Assembly: GCA_963811105.1 (NCBI GenBank)
Contig: CAWEPZ010000011.1
Span: 832,001-896,000 of the forward strand
Source of the DNA: Candidatus Bathyarchaeota archaeon
Lineage (GTDB): Archaea; Thermoproteota; Bathyarchaeia; Bathyarchaeales; Bathycorpusculaceae
Length of the DNA stretch: 64,000 nucleotides
Direction of reading: 5' to 3'
The position numbers and the translations under genes are program-made. The number at the start of each line of letters is the position of its first letter. The first letter of the stretch is position 1. The notes under the pieces are model-generated. The model saw only the letters and a program-made list of their open reading frames with translations. It did no database searches and was not told the origin of the DNA. Positions 49,479 through 58,302 of the stretch are shown here, piece by piece.

Positions 49479-49589
49479 TTTCAATAGGTCGTTCAATTAG
49501 AAATATTTAGCGAGATTCAAGTAGTCATGTGGAAATCGAGATTCTTTCCCCGATAGCCTATTTTTCCAGTCAACTTTGTTATGGTTGAT

Positions 49590-49787
49590 TTATATCAGGT
49601 ATTCAACTTTGCGTTTGTGGTATCGTTTGCATTCTTTGACGATTTTTGCCATGTTTGGCAGATACGTCATCCCTGCAGAAAATATGAGTTGCGACGCCTG
49701 ATCATTCCTTGTTTCACGATATTCGGGGCATGCTACACATTCATCGGGGAACTCATTGAAGCATGGACTTTCTATTTCCAGCAACAC
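49590..49787 (-). CDS. Small Cys-containing hypothetical protein
   Basis: 65-aa ORF with CFNEFPDECVACP..EC; TATA-like TTTAAATA about 30 nt upstream. Confidence 0.4.
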   Translation of the reverse strand: MLLEIESPCFNEFPDECVACPEYRETRNDQASQLIFSAGMTYLPNMAKIVKECKRYHKRKVEYLI

Positions 49788-49848
49788 TAATCCCCATATA
49801 TAGTTGGGCGTTTAAGTATTTAAAACAAGCCAAAGCAGCAGTTACATT

Positions 49849-49894
49849 CGTCTCACTGTGTCTTTATTCGTCTACTTGCGTCTCCTTCCGTCTA
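49849..49894 (+). repeat. 10-bp-phased GTCT array x5
   Basis: GTCT starts at 49850, 49860, 49870, 49880 and 49890. Followed by AAAAAGTTGAGAG, which also follows copy D (about 47983). Confidence 0.65.
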
Positions 49895-50010
49895 GAAAAG
49901 ATGTTAAAAAGTTGAGAGTGAGCCTTCCGAAATCATTTCAGGTTGTAACTTGGGAAATTAATCATTTCCTTGACAAAATAACGAAAAAGAGTTGTTGACG
50001 GTTTTTGTGG

Positions 50011-50095
50011 CAAATTCATTTCTTTGGGTTTTGGTGGGCTTTTTCAATTTGGAGTTTGCTGTGTTTGCAGGTTGGCATCACCATGCACAGAGCGC
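50011..50095 (+). repeat. Dispersed intergenic element copy E
   Basis: caaattcatttctttgggttttgg.. matches copy D; CAGGTTG at 50068-50074. Confidence 0.65.
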
Positions 50096-50174
50096 TAAAT
50101 ACTCCAAAACTCAGCCTCTAATTACAGAAAGAACTATATTTTTGATTTTGGTAATAATAAAATGGTGATTTTAT

Positions 50175-50462
50175 TTGGTGAGTTCTGATAAACTTTCGGG
50201 AAAATTTGTTATTTGCGCAGGCGGTTTTGATCTTGGGGTGATTAATGGGTTAGAAATGAACACTAACACTTGGCAGGTTACTCATTTGCATGTGAAGTTG
50301 TCAAAACCAGCGTCTGAAGACCTTGGTTTCAAAAAAAGATTTGGAAGCTCAAATGTGTGCGTGCCTATCTCATTAGTTGCTAAAGTTGGAGACAATATAT
50401 TGTTAAACAAGTCTCTTGAAGAATTAACCAAACACCCAGAAATTTATGAATGCCGAGAATGA
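50175..50462 (+). CDS. PRC-barrel domain protein
   Basis: LSGKFVI..G..LGVI..W.VTHL.V..VPISLV.KVGD.ILL; GGTGA RBS. Confidence 0.85.
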   Translation: MVSSDKLSGKFVICAGGFDLGVINGLEMNTNTWQVTHLHVKLSKPASEDLGFKKRFGSSNVCVPISLVAKVGDNILLNKSLEELTKHPEIYECRE

Positions 50463-51057
50463 TAGCTAAACCATTCAAATACAGACGTTATGCATCGTGT
50501 TTTCAAGTTAGCAATCATCAAAACACCTATACTGGATTCCTACTATACCCTTAACAACTGTTAGTCCAGTATAATGCCTATTTGATTGTGGAGCAAGCTC
50601 ATTTCGAGAGGATCATTTCACCTTGTAAAAGTTTTAGGTGATCAATACACGTTTCCACGGGTTTAACTAGTTTCTTCCTCAAGTCCTTATCAGGAAGATG
50701 CCGGCTTATACGGTTAATCCGTTCAGCTAAAACATTATCCCCAGCCGTGGTTTTAAGCTACTTTCGATAGTTATTTCTTTGAAAATAAAATTTGACTGAA
50801 TCAGCATTTACCGTTTCAAGTTTTTAAACGTAGGTTGCTGAAATTTGTAGCAGTCTGGCCAGTGTTGTGACCAAGATCAGCAATAGAATAGAATCCCTTA
50901 CTATATGGTACGGTGCGTAAGGTCCTATCAATTTTTATGTCTGAAATTTAATATTCTTGAGAATCTGTATATTTTAACATGAAATAATCTAACAAAACAT
51001 GTAATTGGTCCGGTATAGTTTGTTGTTGCACGTGTCTTTCTTTATTTCTAAAATATT

Positions 51058-51654
51058 TTAGGAAATAGTGAGTGAGCAAAAAAACGCTACTATGCCAACT
51101 ATTTCACTATCCACTTTGTGCTTTTTAGGCGCGGGTGCAACGGTCTTCTTGGGAATGATGACTTTAAGTAATCCATCTCTAAATGTTGATTCGGCTTGTT
51201 CAGGTATTACTTCTTCAGGGAAATCCAGCTGCTTGTAAATGTGCGAATAAACGCGTTCTCTGACAACAAAGTTCTTCTCCTTATCTTCTGTTTCAACATC
51301 TGTTTCTGCCGAGATTTCGATTCCATCCTTCGTTAGGGCTACATCGATTTTGTCTTTAGTTACGCCAGGCATTTCAGCATGCACAACAAACTTATTTCCC
51401 TCATCAACCAGATCAACAGTTGCTTCCCGGACTGGAACTACAGGTTCAATATTTACCCATTCAAATGGAAAAGCTATGCTTTCAATGAAGTTTTGGCGGA
51501 AATTGTCCATTAAATCGTCGAAGGTTGTCAGTACATGAACTGCAGGGACTTGTTTGTTAGAAATGCGTTTAGCAGGAACATGTTTTACAGGTTTCACTGC
51601 GGCTTCAGATTTTACGATTGCCTTTACCGACGTCTTTTTTTCTTTTTCAGTCAT
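51058..51654 (-). CDS. Small heat-shock protein (Hsp20/alpha-crystallin)
   Basis: VDLVDEG..AEMPGV.K..I.V..RER..FPEEV..STFRDGLLKV.IPK. Confidence 0.92.
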   Translation of the reverse strand: MTEKEKKTSVKAIVKSEAAVKPVKHVPAKRISNKQVPAVHVLTTFDDLMDNFRQNFIESIAFPFEWVNIEPVVPVREATVDLVDEGNKFVVHAEMPGVTKDKIDVALTKDGIEISAETDVETEDKEKNFVVRERVYSHIYKQLDFPEEVIPEQAESTFRDGLLKVIIPKKTVAPAPKKHKVDSEIVGIVAFFCSLTIS

Positions 51655-51798
51655 TTTTTTTCACCTCGATTAATTTGTTATTATAATCCTAAGAATAGGA
51701 AATTAATTGCTGGTTAATTCTATTTCTAGATCGATTCAGCGATCTCGGTTTTATTACGAACCTTCTTTGCAAACCGAGAGAGTGAACTTTTTGGGGAT

Positions 51799-51942
51799 TT
51801 ATTCTTTCTTAATAATCCAGGTTCTTATTGCTTCTTCGACGGCTTTTGATAAATCTCCTTTTTTCCCGCCAAACCTCTCGACTGTTTTTATTCTAAGTTG
51901 CTTTTCCAACTCATTCGGGAGATCTACACTGATTCGACCCAA
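51799..51942 (-). CDS. Ribbon-helix-helix (CopG-like) protein, 47 aa; not in ORF track
   Basis: MGRISVDLPNELEKQLRIKTVERFGGKKGDLSKAVEEAIRTWIIKKE*; TTG start after GGTGA RBS. Confidence 0.8.
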   Translation of the reverse strand: MGRISVDLPNELEKQLRIKTVERFGGKKGDLSKAVEEAIRTWIIKKE

Positions 51943-52310
51943 CTCAATCACCTAATATGTTTGTATTTTAATACACGATTTCACGTGTCAGGTAATCTTC
52001 CAATAAGCGAACTTCAAAATGCCTGATTCTTTTCTTGTTTTTGACATCTTTTCTATCCACTTCAATCCCGCTTATTATCTTATCAACATAAGTTATTATG
52101 CAGCTATACACTTATATAGCTATTGACTTAATCCAGCACAATCAGCTTAAGAAGAAACCCAAGCAATTTGAAAAGTATTGGTTTTTTGAAATTCTTAAGA
52201 TTGAAAGGTTGGAAAAAGACTGCTATAGATTTATTTTCAATGTGAAGTAGGTCGTCACATGATTTATTAGAACCTTATTAATCTAGCTACATATTTCGTG
52301 ATAGGTTTAT

Positions 52311-53282
52311 ATGAATTCCAAAACTGTGCTCGAGCTTATCGGTAACACTCCCTTGGTCGAAACCCGGAATCTAAGTCCCAACGCTAGAGTAAAGTTGTTC
52401 GTCAAGCTGGAAAAGTGCAATCCAGGAGGGTCTGTCAAAGACCGCATTGCCAAGTACATGATTGAGCAGGCAGAAAAAACAGGACAGCTCACCAGTACCA
52501 AAACCGTAATTGAACCAACCAGCGGAAACACAGGCATAGGGTTAGCCTTAGTTTGTCGCGCTAAGGGCTATGATCTTGTCTTGGTTATGCCTGAAACGAT
52601 GACACTGGAGAGACGTCAAATTCTCATATCTCTGGGTGCCAAAATCGTGTTGAGCGATGGAGCTAAAGGCATGAATGGGGCAGAAGATTTAGCCCATGAA
52701 TTAGTTCACAAAAATCCAGAAAATTACTTTATGCCCAACCAATTCGCTAACCAAGCAAATGTCTTGGCTCATTACGAGACCACAGGAGAAGAAATCTGGC
52801 GAGATACAAACGGGCAGATTACCCATTTCTTTGGCGGAATTGGCACCACGGGCACATTGATGGGAGTTTCAAAAAGGCTCAAAGAATACAACTCCAACGT
52901 GAAAGTCATCGCTGTTCAACCCGAGGTAGGCACAGCAATTCAAGGCTTAAAGGATCTGAAAACTCAATACGTACCCGCCATCTGGAACAGAGAACTCGTC
53001 GATGAAGTGTATTATGTGAATCCTAAGTCTGCGGATGAGGCAGCTAGGCTTTTGGCCTTGCAGGAAGCGTTGTTTGTTGGACCCAGCTCTGGCGCGATTT
53101 TTCATATTGCTATGCAGAAGGCAAAGGAACTCTCAGAGGGCATTTTGGTGGCTATAGCGCCTGATGGAGGAGAAAAATATCTAAGTACAAATCTGTGTGA
53201 CCCGGTGCTTTGTCTTGCATGCGTCAAGAAATACGGAATTCAATGCTCTTACAAAAACGGCAGCCCAGTCGTCAAAGGCTAA
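52311..53282 (+). CDS. Cysteine synthase (CysK/CysM family, PLP-dependent)
   Basis: IGNTPLV, KLEKCNPGGSVKDR, EPTSGNTG, GIGTTGT, GPSSG, PDGGEKYLS. Confidence 0.95.
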   Translation: MNSKTVLELIGNTPLVETRNLSPNARVKLFVKLEKCNPGGSVKDRIAKYMIEQAEKTGQLTSTKTVIEPTSGNTGIGLALVCRAKGYDLVLVMPETMTLERRQILISLGAKIVLSDGAKGMNGAEDLAHELVHKNPENYFMPNQFANQANVLAHYETTGEEIWRDTNGQITHFFGGIGTTGTLMGVSKRLKEYNSNVKVIAVQPEVGTAIQGLKDLKTQYVPAIWNRELVDEVYYVNPKSADEAARLLALQEALFVGPSSGAIFHIAMQKAKELSEGILVAIAPDGGEKYLSTNLCDPVLCLACVKKYGIQCSYKNGSPVVKG

Positions 53283-53395
53283 GCCAAGAATTGAAAGATT
53301 TCCTGAGAGATTTTAGCTCCAAATGGATCGTGGAGATTTGATCCCAAACGCCGTGAAGATGTCACTCGACCTTCTTTTTTTAATGCGCTTCTGTA

Positions 53396-53893
53396 TTAGA
53401 ACTTGTTGAAGCTAAACAATTCTTCAAATGGCTTTCTGTTTTTTGCTTTTGGCTGCTCCGCAGGATAGCCAAGGGTTAATAATGCAACAACTTTCCATTT
53501 ATCTGGAATTTCAAGGAGTTTTTTGACTTTTTCTTCGCTAAAAGACCCTATCCAACATGAACCTATACCAAAAGTCCAGGCGGCAATAACTATGTTTTGC
53601 AGGGCAATTGTAGTATCAACGGCTGCCCATTTTCCAGTTAAAATCGATTTTTCATCTGCGCATCCTACGATAACCATAGGCGCATTTTTAATATGTTTAC
53701 CAAACAAACTCTTGGATAATTCATTTTTGGCTTCGGAATCTGTCACTACTACAAATCGGATCGGCTGTCTGTTAGCTGCGGACGGTGCTTGCCTGCCAGC
53801 TTCGAGAACTTGTCGCAAGGTTTCTTGGGGTATTTCTTTATTTTCATAGCTTCGAATACTTCTACAGCTTAGAATCACATCAGACAAAGACAT
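53396..53893 (-). CDS. Nitroreductase family protein
   Basis: RSIRSY, APSAANRQP, GIGSCWIG, LGYP. Confidence 0.92.
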   Translation of the reverse strand: MSLSDVILSCRSIRSYENKEIPQETLRQVLEAGRQAPSAANRQPIRFVVVTDSEAKNELSKSLFGKHIKNAPMVIVGCADEKSILTGKWAAVDTTIALQNIVIAAWTFGIGSCWIGSFSEEKVKKLLEIPDKWKVVALLTLGYPAEQPKAKNRKPFEELFSFNKF

Positions 53894-54618
53894 ACACTTC
53901 ACCACCTCACCATTTAGTTAACGTTCCTAAAATTTCTTCATTACTCTGAACGTTAATAGCCAGTTTGTTAAATGAAATTAAAGAATGAGAAGGGATAAAA
54001 TTGATAATAGATCTATCGAGATCATCTTACCGAGAAGAAATCTATCACCAATTTTAAATCACTTGCCCGTTTTTGATTTACGATATTCAAAAGCCTCTCC
54101 CGAAAACGGATTAATCTTCACAGTATTAGCTGTCAAAAGGTTAAGACGAAAACCTGAAAACTCTTAACACATCCTGAACTTAAGGCTCACTCGACATGAA
54201 AAACTAACTATTCTAAACACCCATTCATCTCTGACGAGGTACGTAGTCATGCCAAAATCTTTCTGCATAAAATAAAACGTTACAAAACCATTTTATATCG
54301 TTTAGTGAGAAAAATTCCAAAAACGTTGAGAATCAATATCTATTCAGTAGTCAACCTGAAACAAAGAAATGGGCTTGAGGACAACATTAGTTATGCTTAG
54401 GATCTTGCGATTTTGACTAATAGTTCAAAACAGCATCTTTAGGCCAAAGATTCTATTTTTCAATTATATGGTAGTCTTTACACCTTGTGTCTTGCAAATA
54501 GCTTGACAGTGTATGTGCTGGATTCTAATTTCTGGGAAATCGCTCATGCGTGTAGGAGAATCTAAGGTGGAATTTCCATCAGAGTCATTGCTTCCGGCAT
54601 AATCAACAATTTGTCACT

Positions 54619-54730
54619 TTGTCATCAGTGGCTACTTTCCACTTGGTCTTATAAATCGCAAACAATAATACGCTAATTTAGGAAAGAGCTTATCGTTGAA
54701 AGGGAAGCCTTTTTTCGCTAAGCTCTTTTT
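54619..54730 (+). promoter_or_regulatory. Conserved promoter motif and long 5' leader hairpin of paralogue 4
   Basis: TTGTCATCAGTGGCTACTTTCCACTTGGTCTTATAAAT, then a perfect 10-bp stem AAAGAGCTTA/TAAGCTCTTT enclosing GAAAGG-GAAG-CCTTTT. Confidence 0.65.
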
Positions 54731-54754
54731 AAAAAATTTAAGGAGAATAGAAAA

Positions 54755-57325
54755 ATGTTAAAAGCAAAAATAGCAACCGCAATTTTAATTCTATTGATGA
54801 CTAGTCTCGCAATAATGGCAGATACCCAAGTTCAAGCCCAAAACGTGACCTATAAAAATATGCAGGACGGAGGCTCAATACCGCTACCCAACGGCATTAC
54901 CCCTGACGCTACATTTGAAACAAAAGCTCACTTAAGCTTTAGACCTAACCCCATCGGGGTAGGTCAACCCTTGCTAGTAAACCTATGGATACAACCGCCA
55001 ATTCATGTAACACATTACTTTAAAGACGCCTACATAGTAAAGTTCACAAAGCCTGATGGGACAACAGAGAACGTTGGCCCCTTGACAGGTTACAAAGGCG
55101 ATACAACTGCATGGTTCGAAAAGATAATAGATCAAGCTGGCAAATGGACAATAGAGTTCGACTTTATAGGGGGCTTTTACCCAGCAGGCAACTACACCAT
55201 GGTCGCTGGTACCTTTTCCACTCAAATGGGCAAAGATACGATGATCAATTTCCCTCAATCAGCATACTACTCTCCAAGCAAAGATGGGCCTTATGAATTT
55301 GTAGCCGAGCAAAATTTGGCAGGTTCATGGCCACTAGCGCCACTCCCAAACGATTATTGGACAAGACCGATATCACTTGAGAATAGAGAATGGTGGCCAA
55401 TAGCAGGCAATTATCCCGCAACCGGCACAGTAGGAGGAGGCTCTACATGGCCAGCAAATACAAATACGTACACTCAGAGCACTTACAAGTTCACCCCATA
55501 CGTGCAAGCACCGAATACAGCACATATAGTTTGGAAGCGTCAAGACGATATATCAGGTCTTATTGGAGGACAACTAGGACAAATATCCTTGTACAACGGT
55601 GCTGGCACACCTAATATAGTCTACGCTGGACGATGCTATCAAACTCTCACAAAAATTATCAATGGCACTCCGACGAGCGTTTGGCAATGTTATGATCTAC
55701 GCACTGGAAAAGTATACTGGGAGCGGACAGATGTTACACAGATTCCCACAATGCTCAGTTATAGAGAAAGAACACTTGAGATGGTACCAGGCGAGGAAGC
55801 AAGCAAAACAGGATTAAGCGTAACACTTTTGTACGTAGGCGGTGGCAGGCTGATAGAATACGATCCATGGATTGGACAAGTTCAAACAAACATTTCAATT
55901 GCTCCCTTTACGACAGGAACTCTCTACGCAAGCCCAGAAATATTCCTAAGTGTGCAAAGCCTTGGCAGTAATAACTACCGCTTGATTAACTGGACTCTCA
56001 CAGGATACCTGGCACACTACTCAGGATTTACTCAACCTGTAGTCCCAGAAGTGTTGAACAATGTTACATGGCCTTTCAGCAGCTTAGGCACAGTCGATTA
56101 CGAGTCAATGATTGCTGTTAACACACAAAGCATTCCAAATACCGCCGCTGGTGGAACGGAGAGCCAAGGGTCAATATCATACATCCAACGCATAATTGCT
56201 ACAAGCATGATAACTGGGCAAGTCTTGTGGAACATTACGACAGACTCTCCCTTCGGTGGCTTTTACAGCGGAAGCACGGCGTGTGCTGATCATGGAAAAT
56301 ATGCAGTACGATTGAATGATGGACTTTGGCACTGTTGGGACCTCAACTCAGGAAAACAACTCTGGACTAGCGAATTATCAAGTTGGCCTTGGGGAACTTT
56401 TGGTATATACGGTGTTAGCTCATACGGTGGTCTTCTTATTTATCCACAATATGATGGCGTTGTCGCGTACAACTGGAATAATGGTAAAATTGCTTGGCAA
56501 TATAGGTATGAAGCCGAGTATCCATATGAAACAGTGTTTGGTAGTGACTATCCTTTCTATGATTCAGCAATTGTCATAGCAGATGGCAAACTATATACAT
56601 CAAATACCGAGCATTCACCCAGCAACCCCATTACAAGAGGACAAAAGCTCCACTGCATAAATGTCACGACAGGCGAGGGTATATGGAACATCACTGGCTC
56701 CATGAGTGCAGCAGCTGTCGCAGATGGATACTTAGCTGCCTCCAATAGATACGATGGATACATGTACGTCTTAGGCAAAGGAACGAGTATAACAACGGTG
56801 ACGTCACCTGACATTACAGCACCTAAGGGAACAAGCATACTTATTAAAGGAACTGTTTTGGATCAATCGCCAGCTCAGCCGGAAACGCCTTGCGTCTCGA
56901 AGGAATCAATGGCTACTCAAATGGAATACCTACACATGCAACACCCAATCGATGGTCTTGATCACAACTTAACGATGACGGGAGTCCCGGTAACGTTGAC
57001 AGCAATTGATTCAAACGGTAACGTAATCGATATTGGTACAGCCACAACCAACGCGTATTATGGCACCTTCAGCTATGAATGGACGCCACCAAATGAAGGC
57101 AAATATACAATCTCAGCCTCTTTCTTAGGTGATGATTCTTACGGCAGCTCATCAGCAGGAACCGACTTGTCAGTTGGTCCAGCTTCTGCGGCGAGTGCAA
57201 CATCAGCGCCAGTTCAAGCAGCAGCAGACTACTCAATGACAATCATAGGCGTTGGAATCGGAATAGCAATTGTAGTAGTTATCACAGGTGCAGCCATTGT
57301 ATTCTTACTTAGAAAACGACCATAA
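54755..57325 (+). CDS. Large secreted PQQ-like beta-propeller surface protein (paralogue 4)
   Basis: Same motif series; AGGAG RBS; C-terminal TM and LRKRP tail. Confidence 0.9.
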   Translation: MLKAKIATAILILLMTSLAIMADTQVQAQNVTYKNMQDGGSIPLPNGITPDATFETKAHLSFRPNPIGVGQPLLVNLWIQPPIHVTHYFKDAYIVKFTKPDGTTENVGPLTGYKGDTTAWFEKIIDQAGKWTIEFDFIGGFYPAGNYTMVAGTFSTQMGKDTMINFPQSAYYSPSKDGPYEFVAEQNLAGSWPLAPLPNDYWTRPISLENREWWPIAGNYPATGTVGGGSTWPANTNTYTQSTYKFTPYVQAPNTAHIVWKRQDDISGLIGGQLGQISLYNGAGTPNIVYAGRCYQTLTKIINGTPTSVWQCYDLRTGKVYWERTDVTQIPTMLSYRERTLEMVPGEEASKTGLSVTLLYVGGGRLIEYDPWIGQVQTNISIAPFTTGTLYASPEIFLSVQSLGSNNYRLINWTLTGYLAHYSGFTQPVVPEVLNNVTWPFSSLGTVDYESMIAVNTQSIPNTAAGGTESQGSISYIQRIIATSMITGQVLWNITTDSPFGGFYSGSTACADHGKYAVRLNDGLWHCWDLNSGKQLWTSELSSWPWGTFGIYGVSSYGGLLIYPQYDGVVAYNWNNGKIAWQYRYEAEYPYETVFGSDYPFYDSAIVIADGKLYTSNTEHSPSNPITRGQKLHCINVTTGEGIWNITGSMSAAAVADGYLAASNRYDGYMYVLGKGTSITTVTSPDITAPKGTSILIKGTVLDQSPAQPETPCVSKESMATQMEYLHMQHPIDGLDHNLTMTGVPVTLTAIDSNGNVIDIGTATTNAYYGTFSYEWTPPNEGKYTISASFLGDDSYGSSSAGTDLSVGPASAASATSAPVQAAADYSMTIIGVGIGIAIVVVITGAAIVFLLRKRP

Positions 57326-57658
57326 AACTTGGAAGCAAAAACAATCACTATTTCCCTTTTTCTTTACTATTAACCATAATGATTACGAACGACTCTGAAT
57401 AGCCTCTGGATTGAAAAACAAAGGCAACTGCCGAAAAAGATTATTCCCTTCAATTGATCCTAGATCAATCCGGATCCTCAGCACTCTCTAAATCCAAAAT
57501 CAAATAGACTTTAAGGTTTCTATCCGCAAGTTTTATTTGTAAAGTGCTACTACATAGCAATTGTTGCTTGTTTTTTGGTGTCTTGAAAGCAAACTCTCTG
57601 TTTTGTTGTATCCCTATCGCAAATCTAAAAGCGATTCAAGCTGTCCCTGAAACAAAAC

Positions 57659-57850
57659 ATGTTTAAAGATTTCAAAGAAAAAGTCGAAAAACTGCAAAAT
57701 AAACGCGACAGTGAAATCCCTCTAATATCTACCGAATCAACGCCTGAGATTACAGAGAAATTAAGGAACGCAGGAATAGACCCCGATAACTTTACCATTC
57801 AGCAACTATTTCCAGAAACCTTGGACGGCGAAAGAAACGACTTATCTTAA
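57659..57850 (+). pseudogene. Probable gene remnant (hypothetical)
   Basis: 63-aa ORF with protein-like composition that seems to continue in shifted frames to about 58050. Confidence 0.3.
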
Positions 57851-58302
57851 CGTCAGGAGCTGAATGGGAAATAATGATAAAATATGCTAGAGCTCGCAAG
57901 TATCTCATTGAGAATTATCCGCAGTCGCAAGAAGAAGCAAGACTGCCAGGGCAAGAGTGGCAAGAGAACAAGATGAACCTTATCAGATTAACATTACAAA
58001 GACACAAGACGACCCGCAAAGGAAAATTTTTGTTCACGCTTTATTCCAAATGAAAGCCATTTATAACAAAGCAGAGTGCACCGTAATGCTTCAGAACATG
58101 AAAAGTTCTGTCTAAGCCTCTATTGGCATTTAACCTACAACTGAACCCTGCCCCAAAGGTAAAATCGTTCAGAGAAGTCCTGCGGGATGGCGACATTTTC
58201 GTGAAAGTTGAAGTCTACTTCAAGATTTGCAGAAAGAGACGACAAGTAAAGCAAATAAATAAAATATAAAAAAAGAAGGATTATTGTTTTTCCGGTTTTT
58301 GT

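Noticed and set aside
50690-50712. GATGCCGGCTTAT resembling the RNase P RNA 3' P4 strand
   Set aside because: No matching GAGGAAAGTCC-like 5' strand, and the region is AT-rich.
51968-52111. 47-codon minus-strand ORF upstream of the RHH gene
   Set aside because: Start is ambiguous (it abuts the TATA box) and no motif is recognisable; a toxin-antitoxin interpretation is unsupported.
54340-54400. Minus-strand CAGGTTG (and + strand 49939) as extra copies of the dispersed element
   Set aside because: Core heptamer is present but the upstream T/G tract and a clear 10-bp array are not; left out of the count.
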